Assembly (NCBI GenBank): GCA_001875255.1
Contig: MJAN01000003.1
Location: 53,186 to 117,185 of the forward strand
Reading direction: 5' to 3'
From: Candidatus Sabulitectum silens
GTDB lineage: Bacteria > Fermentibacterota > Fermentibacteria > Fermentibacterales > JCC-6
Length of the DNA stretch: 64,000 nucleotides
Every line of letters starts with the position of its first letter. The stretch's first letter is position 1. The notes beneath the pieces are model-generated. The model was not told where the DNA came from. It did no database searches and saw nothing but the letters and a program-made list of their open reading frames with translations. This document shows, piece by piece, positions 1 to 10,309 of the stretch. The translations under genes and the position numbers were made by a program.

Positions 1-930
1 GGCTGCGGTAGTGGCTTCTCATTATGTAGAGCCTTACCACCATGGGATCCCACTCCTTGAACAGATCTCTCAGAAGGGTGAAGTTTCCAAGGCTCTTGCC
101 CATCTTCTGCCCGTTGACGGTCACCATATTGTTGTGGAACCAGTACCTTACGAAGGGCTTGCCTGTGATCGATTCCGACTGTGCGATCTCGCACTCGTGG
201 TGGGGAACGAGTTCTCCAGCCCTCCTCCGTGTATGTCAACGGTGTCTCCGAGGTATCTCATGGACATGGCGGAGCACTCAAGGTGCCAGCCGGGGTATCC
301 CCAGCTCCATGGGCTGTTCCATTTCAGGATGTGGTCATCCCCTGCCTCTTTCCAGAGGGCGAAGTCCCTTGGGTCCCTCTTGCCCTCCGCCGCCGCTACC
401 CTTGTTCCGGACATCTGGTCCCCGCCGGTCCTGCCGGAGAGCTTTCCGTAATCGGGGAAGGATGAAACGTCAAAGTACACATCACCTCCTGAAACATAGG
501 CGTTGCCATTCTCAAGCATTTTCTTCACCATTTCTATCTGCTCGGGAATGTGACCGCTTGCCCTGGGTGAGATGTCCGGCCGACGGACGTTCAGGGCGTC
601 CATGTCGCGAAAGTAGCTGGCTGTGTACTTCTCGGCGATCTCCATGGGCTCCAGCTTCTCCAGCCTGGCCTGCTTCTGAAGCTTGTCCTCACCGGCGTCG
701 GCGTTGTCGGTAAGATGCCCTACATCGGTGATGTTCTGCACGTACCGCACCCTATGGCCCAGGTGCCTCAGATACCTTACCAGGACGTCGGAGCAGACAT
801 AGCTCTTGCCATGCCCCAGATGGCTGTGGCCGTAGACCGTTGGTCCGCAGACGTAGATGCCCACGAAGGGGGGATCAAGGGGCTGAAACTCTTCCTTCTT
901 CCTTGTGATGGTATTGTAAATGGATAACAC
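1..930 (-). CDS. cysS: cysteine--tRNA ligase (partial, 3' end beyond window start; one apparent frameshift near 185-195)
   Basis: ORF 148..930 (GTG start) carries the class I aaRS HIGH region [17 protein letters not shown]. After a frame change inside a ccccacc run near 190, the protein continues [12 protein letters not shown]...[12 protein letters not shown] (KMSKS-type) to position 1. Confidence 0.9.
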
Positions 931-1920
931 TAGAGGGCTCCCTTCAGGTAGTCGATCTGCATCGAGACCCGTACCTTCTCCATGGTCTCCCCGCCGGCTT
1001 CCACCGCCCTTCGGGTTCCCTGCCTGAGTATCTCTTCGATGACCCCGGGTCTCTGGAATTCCTTCCTTCGCTCCCTGATGGGTTCCAGCAGGCTTCCAGC
1101 TTGTTCGCCAGGTTCTTCTTGCAGGCGACGCATCCCACTTCCCCGGCTCTGCAGGCGGTCTCTATCCCGGGGACCTCTTCGGCGTTGAAAGCCTGTGGTA
1201 GGCAAAGATCGTGCAGATCTCAGGGTGGCCCGGATCGGTCTTCCTGATCCTGGCGGGGTCGGTGACGGCGCTCATGACCTTCTTCCGGATCTCATCGGGG
1301 TTGTCCTTGAGGTATATGGCGTTCCCCAGGGACTTGCTCATTTTCGCGTTGCCGTCGAGACCCACAAGCCTGGAAACCTCGCTCACCATGGCCTCAGGCT
1401 CGGGGAAAACCTCGCCGTAAAGCTCGTTGAACCTCCTCGCCACGAACCTTGTAACCTCCACATGGGGCAGCTGGTCCTCCCCCACTGGAACGAGGTTCGC
1501 CCTGCAGAACAGGATGTCCGCCGCCTGGCTTACGGGATATCCCAGGAAGCCGTATGTCATGTCCGTGTAGCCGTACTGTTTAGCCTCGGTCTTTATGGTG
1601 GGATTGTGCCTCAGGCGGCTGACCGTGGTGTAAAGGCCGAAGAGCACCGTAAGTTCCGCTATCTGTGGGACCATGCTCTGAACGAAAATGCTGACCTTGT
1701 CGGGGTCGAGCCCGGCGGAAAGGTTATCCAGGGCCACTTCCCTTACATTTTCGCCCAGGAGCTCCGGTGTCTCCCAGTGGGTGGTCAGGGCCTGCACATC
1801 CGCCACTATGATGAAGGTGTCGTACTGTTCCTGAAGCCTCACCCTGTTCCTGAGTGAGCCAACATAGTGACCGAGATGGAGCGGGCCGGTTGGCCGGTCG
1901 CCGGTAAGAATTCGTTTCAT
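930..1920 (-). CDS. trpS: tryptophan--tRNA ligase (two apparent single-base frameshifts near 1170 and 1095)
   Basis: N-terminus ILTGDRPTGPLHLGHYVG and KMSKS are in ORF 1162..1920. The C-terminal GCVACKKNLANKLE and PIRERRKEFQ...VRVSMQIDY lie in two other frames (ORFs 944..1138, 930..1205). Both breaks restore by adding one base to a short homopolymer. Confidence 0.9.
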
Positions 1921-1933
1921 CTGATGGGTTTCC

Positions 1934-2942
1934 TTAAGAGTTGATCTTTACCGGTGAATCGGGGTCCCTGAAGTTCCTCAGGTCGATCTCTCCGGTGTGT
2001 TTGTCGATGATGTTCAGCACGTTCTCAACGGTTTCCCGAACAGCGGGACAGACCATGGTATACCCCTCGAGATACCTTAGCGTCCGGGGAATGTGCTGAA
2101 GATATTTCTTCCTTCCCAGGGCCCTGTACTGGTAGGCGAAGGTGCCCAGGGCCTTGAGGTTCCGCTGCAGGGCGGCGAAAACGAACTCGAACATGTTCGC
2201 CCCGTTTATCCCCAGTATGAATGCCTGGGCCATGCCCCTCCAGTGGTCGCCGCAGTCCCGGTAGCTGTCACGGAGAATGCTGGCCAGGTCGTAGCAGGGC
2301 GGACCCTGCCGGGCATCCTGCCAGTCTATGATGAAAACCGAATTGTTCTTGATCATGAGGTTGGCCGAGTGGTAATCCCGGTGGGTGAACACCGACCTCC
2401 GGTTCCCATGGCCCTTTCGCAGAGCTCCCTCATCAGCCTCTGGGTTTCCATCAGTTCGTCTACAGGAACCCGAAGCAGTCTGAAGAACAGGTGTTCGAGG
2501 GTATGCTCCAGCTCCGCCATGAAAAACTGGTGGTGAAGTACCTTCTGCCGGCGATGCTTCCGCTGGACTTTATGGGGTTGATCTCCCTCTGAAGCTTCCT
2601 CAGAAGGCCCAGGGCCTGCTGAAGCATCTTCGTGTACTCGGCGTCGTCCTTTATGTCGCAGAGTCGGGTGCTGCCCAGGTCCTCCTGTATGACGTAACCC
2701 CGGGATTCATCGCTTATGATTATCTCAGGAACGGGAAAATCCATTCCCCGGAGAAGGTTGTGTATGTCCAGCCATGGCCAGAGGGGGGTTCTCGTGCTGT
2801 CCATGGCCACATAGGTATCGCCCCGGGACTCTATGCGGTAAAACTCCCTCTTGGAGGCGTCCCCGGCCACAGGTGTGATCGAGTCGATCTCGCCATAGCT
2901 GGCTTTTATCCATCTGGCCAGGTCTTCCATTCTGTCAGTCAA
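1934..2942 (-). CDS. phosphotransferase-family kinase (APH/choline-kinase fold; AmgK-like candidate), frameshift about 2400-2460
   Basis: N-lobe ORF 2460..2942 and C-lobe ORF 1934..2392 with HRDYHSANLMI...IDWQDA (catalytic loop and DxD-type metal-binding motif of aminoglycoside-phosphotransferase-like kinases). Confidence 0.7.
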
Positions 2943-3790
2943 TCAGGGCTCCTTCGAAAAAAACCAGGGCAGAACGGTATCCTCGGCGGCTGCGCCGGGA
3001 AGGACCGATGAGCCTTCAAGAAGCACGGAATTCCTTACCACCGCGCCACCATGAATAATACAAGATGCATCGATAAGGTAAAAGCCCTCCAGTGAAGCTC
3101 CGGCGCGGACCTCGGCCAGGGGATGAACGAATGAACCCCGGGAGAGGGCATAGCGGCGATAGAGCTCCGTTTCCCCGGTGTCGTGCCACCGGGCGGTGGA
3201 GTGGTGACCATGTATGGAAAAACCCCTTTCCCGGAAGGCCTTCCTGAGTCCGGTAAAAAAGCCGGGGCCGGTACCCGGTGCCCCGGCGCATCGGGCAACC
3301 TCCGGGGAGATAACGCTCACCCCGGCATAATGGGCCCGGGTGCCGGAAACCGACAGGGTGCCGTAGTTACCAGTTTCGGGAAATTCGGCGGTGAGCACCG
3401 TCCATCGGGAGTTCAGGCTGATGTGATCCAGAAGAAGGTCGGCCAGGGGGATATCCATGACGAAATCGGTGTTGCATAGGATCCAGGTTCCCTGAAAAAC
3501 ATCCTGATTCAGCCCAAGGGTCCCTTTGCGCCCAGGGGGTTCCTCAAGGAAGGAAAGGATCTTTCCAGGCCAGTGTCTGCGAACCTCGGCCATGACCAGT
3601 TCCGGACACCTGGAGGAGTTGAATGCCATTACCTCGGGCTCCAGGCCGGCGAATTGACCCACGAGATTTCCCAGAACGGTGGTTTCTCCTATGGGAAGCA
3701 GGCACTTCGGCCTGGCAAATGAAAGGGGTTCCGCCCTCGTGCCGTAACCGGCGGTGAGGAACAGAACCCCCTGGATCGATCCGGCGGCCG
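2943..3790 (-). CDS. sugar-1-phosphate nucleotidyltransferase (RmlA/MurU-like); start codon not resolved
   Basis: GVLFLTAGYGTRAEPLSFARPKCLLPIGETTVLGNLV, a G-x-G-T-R NTP-transferase signature. The ORF-track N-terminal extension (3791-3944) overlaps the next gene and is probably not translated. Confidence 0.7.
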
Positions 3791-3792
3791 GA

Positions 3793-3993
3793 CTAGCCGT
3801 AGATCTCTTTTCTGTTGCAGCCGCACACCTTAACCCTTCGCCTCTGGGGTCTCCAGGTGTTCTTGGAACCGCTGAGGGAGGCGATATAAACGATTGCCGT
3901 TCTGTCCTCTCCGCAAACCGGGCAGGTTTCCCTGCGGACATCACGGATCTCGTGAGCGAGCTTGGCCGCGAAGGTTCTTTCTTTCTTGGGCAT
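3793..3993 (-). CDS. small zinc-ribbon protein, function unknown
   Basis: 66 aa, basic, with CPVCG ... CGC cysteine pairs. Tightly packed between the nucleotidyltransferase and the GH57-like gene. Confidence 0.4.
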   Translation of the reverse strand: MPKKERTFAAKLAHEIRDVRRETCPVCGEDRTAIVYIASLSGSKNTWRPQRRRVKVCGCNRKEIYG

Positions 3994-5117
3994 TATCTAT
4001 CCTTTCCCGCCATGGCCGGTATTTTTCCTGCAAGCTCCATGACCCTGTCAAGGAGTTCACCCCGGGGGATCCCCGCCAGGGCGGCTTCAATTATCATCAG
4101 TATGCCCCTGCGGACCTGCGAAAATGACTCGCGGCCCGAAGAAGCCCACCACAGAGGGCACGAGTATAACATTTTGTCAACCTCGTCGGCAACCCCGTCC
4201 CGGCGTTTCCCGGTGTAGTGTTCCAGAACGAAGAGGAGAAGGTCCCGGTAGGTCCTGTGGTTTGCGTTTCCCGAGTGATTCCAGAGGGGGTATGGTTCGC
4301 CGGCCTCCATATCGGGAAAGGTGGTCGACCAGCTTCCCGCCGGAAGGCGGGTTTCCTTCAGTGGGAAGCGTTTCAGTATCCTGTCCAGGGAGGATATCCG
4401 TATTCCATCAAGTATTGAGATCTCCTCCAGGAAGGGCAGAAGGAAGGAATCAATGGCTTCCGCCCTGTGATGACCGAAGGTTCTCCATCCATGGCCAGGA
4501 TAACGTAGGAATCATCCTTTCCGGTCCACTGGAAAAGGTCCTGCACCATTCTTTCCGCCATCTCACCGCCGTCATGTCCATGGAAGGATATCCTGTTCGA
4601 CCAGAAATTGCTTCTAAGGAAAACCGCCGTTCCCCCCACCGAGGGGATCCATCTTGATGGTACTTCGCCCTTGGCGTATACCCAGGGCACATCGTCGGTT
4701 ATCGCCCAGTTGTAGCCCAGTTCTCCCAGAACGCGAAGGGTTTCCTCATCCAGGGCCATCTCCGGAGGAAGACACCCCCGGGCCTGTATACCTCCCCGAT
4801 AAGCCTGCTGTTGCCTGAATCGTTAAGTGCCAGCTGGCGGGTGATCTCCTCCACGGGGATAAGGGGAAGATGGGATGATAGGCTCCGCTTGCGGTGAAGC
4901 TGCAGCAGGATAGCCGGGATACTCTTTCAAGTGTCTCAGGAGCAAGTTCCGCCAGCTGTTCCGTCAGGGAAAGGTTCATGTTCACCGTGATCTCGGAATC
5001 GGTCTCGGAAAGCATCTCGAATATAGGTTCGTAGCACTCCCGGTTGATGCGTTTCACAACATCCGGGTCCTGAGTGGGAGGCTGGTAGAAATGCAGGAGC
5101 AGTCCTATGTGTTTCAT
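3993..5117 (-). CDS. glycoside hydrolase family 57-like protein (two apparent frameshifts)
   Basis: N-terminus MKHIGLLLHFYQPPTQDP resembles the GH57 HxHQP start. The remainder is spread over ORFs 4746..5117, 4373..4759 and 3993..4310. Confidence 0.55.
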
Positions 5118-5133
5118 ACAGGTTCATTCTCCT

Positions 5134-5898
5134 TCACGGCCAGGAGGACATCCATTCCCGGAACCAGGTGGAGGCCTCCGCTGCGGAGCCCCCTGAAAGG
5201 GCTATCTCCATGAAACCCTGGCTTCCCCTGAGGAACAGGAGTTCCCTGCCCGAGGGTTCATCGGCATAGCAGCTTACGGTTTTCAGGGGAATGCTCCCTC
5301 CGGAGGTCATCAGGTCTGTCACAACAAGACCCGCCACCTGTTCAGGTGTTAGACTGAGAATGCAGTTGCCGAAGTGATCGGTGTGGAGAACCGAGGCGGC
5401 AAGGCCTTCCGCCGATGGTGCTCCCTGTGGAAAGGGCAGCAGGACCGGGTTATCATGGGGTTCCAGGAAATCGGTCCAGCCCGGGTCCACGGAGAGCCTT
5501 GCGGCGCAGGGGGCGAAGTAGTCCCTTCCGTGGAATGTGTTAGAGGCATTCCTTTCCGGGGGAGGCAGTTTCCAGAAGGAAACGGGTCCGGGGAGAAGTG
5601 AAACAAGGCCATTGTCCGGAGCCACCAGGTACCTGCCCCGCCATAGGGCTGCGAGGCCGAGCCTGTCTGTGCCCACCCCGGGGTCCACCACCACCAGGGT
5701 CACAGAGCCGCAGGGAAGGTGCGGAAGGGCTGCCCGAAGATGGAAGGCTCCATGGAGAACATTTCCCCGCCCCACCTTCGGAGTAAGGTCGATCACCGGT
5801 GTGTCATAACCGGCGAAGGAGAGGATGGCGGCCTTCATCTGGGCGGTGTAGGTATCTTCAGCGCCGAAATCCGAAAGAATGAACACCGGTGTTTTCAT
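5134..5898 (-). CDS. SAM hydroxide adenosyltransferase family protein (DUF62, fluorinase/chlorinase-like fold)
   Basis: Intact 254-aa ORF with FILSDFG...VVDPGVGT motif characteristic of DUF62. Confidence 0.8.
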   Translation of the reverse strand: MKTPVFILSDFGAEDTYTAQMKAAILSFAGYDTPVIDLTPKVGRGNVLHGAFHLRAALPHLPCGSVTLVVVDPGVGTDRLGLAALWRGRYLVAPDNGLVSLLPGPVSFWKLPPPERNASNTFHGRDYFAPCAARLSVDPGWTDFLEPHDNPVLLPFPQGAPSAEGLAASVLHTDHFGNCILSLTPEQVAGLVVTDLMTSGGSIPLKTVSCYADEPSGRELLFLRGSQGFMEIALSGGSAAEASTWFREWMSSWP

Positions 5899-5911
5899 GG
5901 CTGGCTTCCCC

Positions 5912-8168
5912 CTATCTGTGCCTTATGACCACAAGTGTGCGGTCGTCCGCCTGGGCTGCGCCCCCGGAGTGGTCGTCAACGGCCCTTAGGACCCTTTCGA
6001 CTATCTGTTCCGCGTTGAGGTCCCTGTGGTTGAGCACCGTTCCGGTCAGTCCCTGAACACCGAACTCGGAATCATTTTCGTCCATGGTCTCGGTGATGCC
6101 GTCGGTATACAGTACCAGAACATCCCCGGATCGAACCTGCCGGGTTCCGAAATCGTAATCGGAGTCCTTTATCACCCCCATCAGCAGGCCGCCCTCACTC
6201 AGCTCTTCCACATCCCCTGACCGGGAAATGAGCAGCGGGGGGTTGTGACCGGCGTTGCAGAAGGTGAGCATACCGCTCCGGGTATTGAGCACACCATAGA
6301 AAAGGCCAACCAGGCTGGATACCTCGGCCCCTACGGTGAGATCGGAATTAACCCGCTTCATTATCTGGGAAATATCGAAGAGACTCTTGACGCTGGCCCC
6401 AAGGGTTCCCTTCATGCCCGCCATGGTCAGAGCGGCGGGTATCCCCTTCCCGGCCACATCCGCCACTGCGATCCCCAGATTCCCCGTCTGGAAGGGTGAA
6501 GAAATCATAGTAATCGCCTCCCACTTCCCGGGCGGAACCGTAGTAAACCCCGATATCATAGTTCTCATATCTGGGGCTTCCTTGGGAAGAAGCCCCGCCT
6601 GGATCCTCCGGGCAGTACCCAGTTCCTCCGCCAGGGAATCCCCGCCGGAAAGCCTTCCCAGATAGAGATCGGGAAGTTTCTCACGGAGTTCCCTGGAGTT
6701 GGTTACCGAGGGATGACCGGTAACCAGGTTCACCACGGCGTTGCGAACCTCCTCGGACCTGTCGCCGAGGAGAGCGGTGAGTTTCGCGATAAGCCGGGGA
6801 TCTCAGGTATGTGTTCCAGTGAAGAGATGCAGTCAACGGCCTTCAGGCGAACGGAGCCATCGGGGTCATCCAGGAGTCTGGTAAAGAATGAGGTCTTTTC
6901 CAACACCGACGGCGCCGCGGCTCGGTTGGCTCCCCTCAGAACGCTTATCCTTACATATGGGTCGTCATCTGTTATCAGTTCCGCCGGGGAACCTCCGGAG
7001 AGGGCGCCTTCAGTGGAGAATTCGGCAATGGCCTCCCCCGCCGCGGCCCTGACGGACCTCTCTTTGTCCCGGGAGAGCTTTTCAAGGAAGCCCAGCTCCC
7101 TTTCCTCGGATATCCCAAGTCTTCTGATACCCACTGCCAGGGCCTTCCTCACAGAGGGATCGATATCGGAAGCAAGGGTATCCATACAGGCATAGGCCCC
7201 GTCGCCGAAGGATGACCTGTTCCAAAGAAGAAGCAGGGAAGCCTGGACCTTTCCTCGACGGTTCCCTTCCCCGCCAGCTGAAGGATCACCTCAAGGGCGA
7301 TCATGGCAACATCCTCCCTGCCCCCGGCCAGCAGCTGGGACAGGGACTCCCTTCCTCCGTATCCTTCGGAAGATATGGTGATCCGAAGGAGTTTCTTCTG
7401 TTCGTCGGGATCCAGTATCCGAATGTAGGGCAGCACCATAGATGCCATCTTGTTGCTCTGGGGCATTTCCTCCGCGATCAGCCCCCAGAGCACTTCCTTT
7501 TCACCGGAGTTCAGGTCTTCATAGTTCATGAGCATGCACTGGGCAACCCTTCGCAGGTCGTTCTCCGGGATGTTCGAAAAAAGCGTTTCCCTTATGGAGG
7601 GATCGAAGAACCGTATCCTGGCCCCGATGGTGTAGGCAACTATGCCCCGTCCTCCGTCTGGAAGCCTCTGCATGAGAAGCCAGAGCAGGTCCCCCGGTTC
7701 CCCTTCGAAATCCCCGGGCTGCCTGTTCATGAGTCCCCGGACCAGGGACTGCAGTTCAGCGGTGTTCTCCGAAGCAAGGGTCTCGTTGACCACCGCCATT
7801 TCCCTTTTGGAAAGCTCGGGGAAACGCCTGCCCAGAAGGAACAGAAGGAACCCCCGCACCGTGGAGGAGCCGTCGTCTATGAACCTGTCCACGAAACCGC
7901 CGGGATCACCGGCCATGCCCCACAGGTCGATACTCTGAAGAAGGTAGCCCCTGACCCTTTCATCGGGATCGGAGGCGGCGGCTTCCACCAGGTCCCTGAA
8001 GTAGTGGTCCTTCCTGAGCCAGGGATTGCCCAGGGCAACCGCCAGGGCCCTTTTTGACTCCACCGGACCGGATTCCAGTATGTGCCTGCACAGTCCCTCG
8101 GCGGCCCTGTCGAATGCCTCACGATCGGAAAGGAGCATTGCGAAAAAGTCCGCAAGATTGTCCTGCAT
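5912..8168 (-). CDS. HEAT-repeat domain fused to PP2C-type serine phosphatase (SpoIIE/RsbU family); frameshifts near 6735 and 7170
   Basis: ORFs 7149..8168 and 6730..7185 carry repeated xVRxxAxxAL HEAT/PBS-lyase-type units. ORF 5912..6736 carries the SpoIIE signatures LLPKEAPDM...GIAVADVAGKGIPAALTMA...YTDGITE. All are in series on one strand with no gaps. Confidence 0.7.
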
Positions 8169-8304
8169 GGGCTCCCGTGAAGCGGAAAAAGAAGTCTGGA
8201 CTTCTCCGAGGAAGAGAGGTGTCTGTACATGTGGGCAATGTTGTAGCCGGCCCTTCTGTGACCTGCGTCCCTGCTGTTTAGAAGGGTTTCCATCACAACC
8301 CTTA

Positions 8305-9525
8305 TCAGAGGGCTTCCCCCCCGGACAGTTCCGCCATGCCCCGGTCTACGGCGCTGAGTACAAGCGTGTCTCCGCTGCACAGATGGGCATTCCCATCGAT
8401 GGATAGCCTGCGGAAGGGAGATTTGCCCTGTGCCGCGGCGGTATTTGCGTACATTTCTTCCAGAAGGGTCTCCGAGGGGAAGGTTTCCCTCAAAAGGAAA
8501 TGAAGCCTTGACCATATCTCCGAAAGGGCGGACTTGAACACCGATTCCGGCACTATGGGTTCGAACAGGGAGAGCAGTATCAGTTCTGCCTTAGAGAAAA
8601 GGTCGAGGTCCTTGAAGGAGGCCAGGACCTTTTCGCCCTGTTCTATTCTCCACTGTCTGTTGGTCTCCGGGGATGGAAGTTCCACATGGGCGTCTCCGAA
8701 AAGGCTGAAGAGCCCGGCCATCCGGGGATCGGAGGAAGAGAGCACCACCCGTCTTCTGGAGTCGGTGGCCCTCAGGATGATGGTGAAGACCGAATGGAAA
8801 AGATGCAGGGGGTGTATTTCGGTCTGCTTCCTTATGGAATCGATATCGAAGAGAATGGCGCAATCCTCGGGGCCCCTCAGCTTTCTCTCCACGTTAGGGG
8901 CAACCACGTTTTCCTCAAGAAGCTCCATGGGAACTAGACCCTGGTCCGCCGCCTCCATGAGAAGAAGCCTTGCCATTGTGGTCTTTCCCGCCCCGAGGGA
9001 ACCGGACAGACACACGAAACCCCTGTCCCTGAAGATCGACGAGGCGCGGAGTAAACTCTCACGGTCTACGGATTCCCCGGCGACACCCTTCCATGACCGG
9101 ATGAGCTCTTCACCGGATGGATAAGAGTTCAGCCCCCGGTTGAGACCCTTCAGCCACCCCTGGACCGAGTTGAGTACCAGGGAGACCATATCCGCCCTGT
9201 CCTTGTAGGTCCAGCACCTGTTCCATTCCCTGAGCTTGGAGAAAATGGGCTCGGAATAGGACGGTTCTCCCGTTACCAGGGCACCGATGGGAACCCCCAT
9301 GCGGAACAGCGAGAAGAAACGGGACCTTGCCCCTGCGGAGGGTGAACTGCCTATCAGCAGCAGGGCGGCATCGGGAACCGTACCGGTAAAGCCCTGCACC
9401 AGAGTAACCGCCCCGGCCCATTCAGGCGGGCGCAGCTTCCCCGCCTGTGAAACGAAGACCGAATCCTCCCCATCGGGAAGAACGCCGGCATCCGCCCATA
9501 CGAGCAGCTCGAAACTGTCAGGCAT
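8305..9525 (-). CDS. P-loop NTPase of unrecognised family with non-canonical N-terminal domain
   Basis: Intact 406-aa ORF. Walker A CLSGSLGAGKTTMARLLL, putative Walker B CAILFDID. The N-terminal ~100 aa (LLVWADAGVLPDGED...AALLLIGS) shows no recognisable catalytic motif. Sits between the RsbW-like kinase and the PP2C phosphatase. Confidence 0.6.
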   Translation of the reverse strand: MPDSFELLVWADAGVLPDGEDSVFVSQAGKLRPPEWAGAVTLVQGFTGTVPDAALLLIGSSPSAGARSRFFSLFRMGVPIGALVTGEPSYSEPIFSKLREWNRCWTYKDRADMVSLVLNSVQGWLKGLNRGLNSYPSGEELIRSWKGVAGESVDRESLLRASSIFRDRGFVCLSGSLGAGKTTMARLLLMEAADQGLVPMELLEENVVAPNVERKLRGPEDCAILFDIDSIRKQTEIHPLHLFHSVFTIILRATDSRRRVVLSSSDPRMAGLFSLFGDAHVELPSPETNRQWRIEQGEKVLASFKDLDLFSKAELILLSLFEPIVPESVFKSALSEIWSRLHFLLRETFPSETLLEEMYANTAAAQGKSPFRRLSIDGNAHLCSGDTLVLSAVDRGMAELSGGEAL

Positions 9526-9535
9526 CAGAGCTCCG

Positions 9536-9952
9536 TCAGTTAAGAGGCCAGATAAGCGTGGCCCGGGTCTTTCCTTCGGGGTTCAGGCCGTAGTCGAGCC
9601 ACCTGGCAAGGTTCCTGGCGATAAGAACACCCCTGCCGCGGCAGTTGATGAGCTCCTCTCCCTCGCCGGGCCTGTGGCCCAGCTCGGCATCGGGCTGCCA
9701 GCTCCCGCAGTCGTCCACCATGAACTGAAGCCTTCCCGGGAAGGCATCGATGGAAATGGTGACCGTTTTCGCAGGGTCCCCGGCATTACCGTGTTCCATA
9801 CCATTCTTCACCACTTCCATCACCGCTATGGACAGGCTGGTGACATCCTCTTCCTCAACCCCGGCTGCAAGGCCGACTTTCTCTACGAAAACCTGAATGG
9901 TCTCAAGAAGAAGCTCATCCCCCGGAACGGTGAGTACTATTCCCTTAAGCAA
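9536..9952 (-). CDS. anti-sigma-factor-type serine kinase (HATPase_c, RsbW/SpoIIAB-like)
   Basis: 138 aa with N-box-like VMEVVKNGMEHGN and G-box GRGVLIARNL, typical of GHKL anti-sigma kinases. Confidence 0.85.
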   Translation of the reverse strand: MLKGIVLTVPGDELLLETIQVFVEKVGLAAGVEEEDVTSLSIAVMEVVKNGMEHGNAGDPAKTVTISIDAFPGRLQFMVDDCGSWQPDAELGHRPGEGEELINCRGRGVLIARNLARWLDYGLNPEGKTRATLIWPLN

Positions 9953-9954
9953 GA

Positions 9955-10296
9955 TCAGCCCTTCAGGCTTTCAAGTGCTTCCTGCTCGTCGGTGTAGGTC
10001 TCGAAGATGGTTATGAGCTTGGTGATTATGAAGAGCTCGTGGATCTTCTTGGTGGCGTTGAGAATAGCCATTTTTCCGCCAACTCTGGAGATGGATGTAT
10101 GTCCGCTGACAAGGACTCCCAGCCCGGAACTGTCCATCCAGCTCACTCCGCCGAGATCCAGGAGAACATTGCCCATGTCGTTGTTCACAGCGGTCTGGAA
10201 AACGGTCTGGAGCTCCATGAGATCCGGGCCGCTGATGACCTTGCCGTGGAGCCTTATTATCTTGATGCCTTCCTTCATTTCCTCTTTGATCTTCAC
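9955..10296 (-). CDS. STAS-domain anti-sigma-factor antagonist (RsbV/SpoIIAA-like)
   Basis: KIIRLHGKVISGPDLMELQTVFQ...LLDLGGVSWMDSSGLGVLVS (conserved phosphorylatable Ser in the DSSG context). The likely GTG start at 10296 sits 6 nt after AAGGAGG. Confidence 0.85.
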   Translation of the reverse strand: MKIKEEMKEGIKIIRLHGKVISGPDLMELQTVFQTAVNNDMGNVLLDLGGVSWMDSSGLGVLVSGHTSISRVGGKMAILNATKKIHELFIITKLITIFETYTDEQEALESLKG

Positions 10297-10302
10297 TGTA
10301 AC

Positions 10303-10309
10303 CCTCCTT
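10303..10309 (-). promoter_or_regulatory. Shine-Dalgarno (AAGGAGG) for the STAS gene and downstream partner-switching operon
   Basis: Reverse complement of 10303..10309 reads AAGGAGG, followed after 6 nt by GTG in frame with the STAS ORF. Confidence 0.5.

Noticed and set aside
3791-3944. N-terminal 50-aa extension of the nucleotidyltransferase ORF
   Set aside because: It overlaps the small zinc-ribbon ORF in another frame. It is Pro/Arg-rich and lacks a start codon near the conserved G-x-G-T-R motif, so it is likely untranslated read-through in the ORF track.
7212-8057. 281-aa plus-strand ORF
   Set aside because: Antisense to the HEAT-repeat coding region. No motifs. A typical high-GC shadow ORF.
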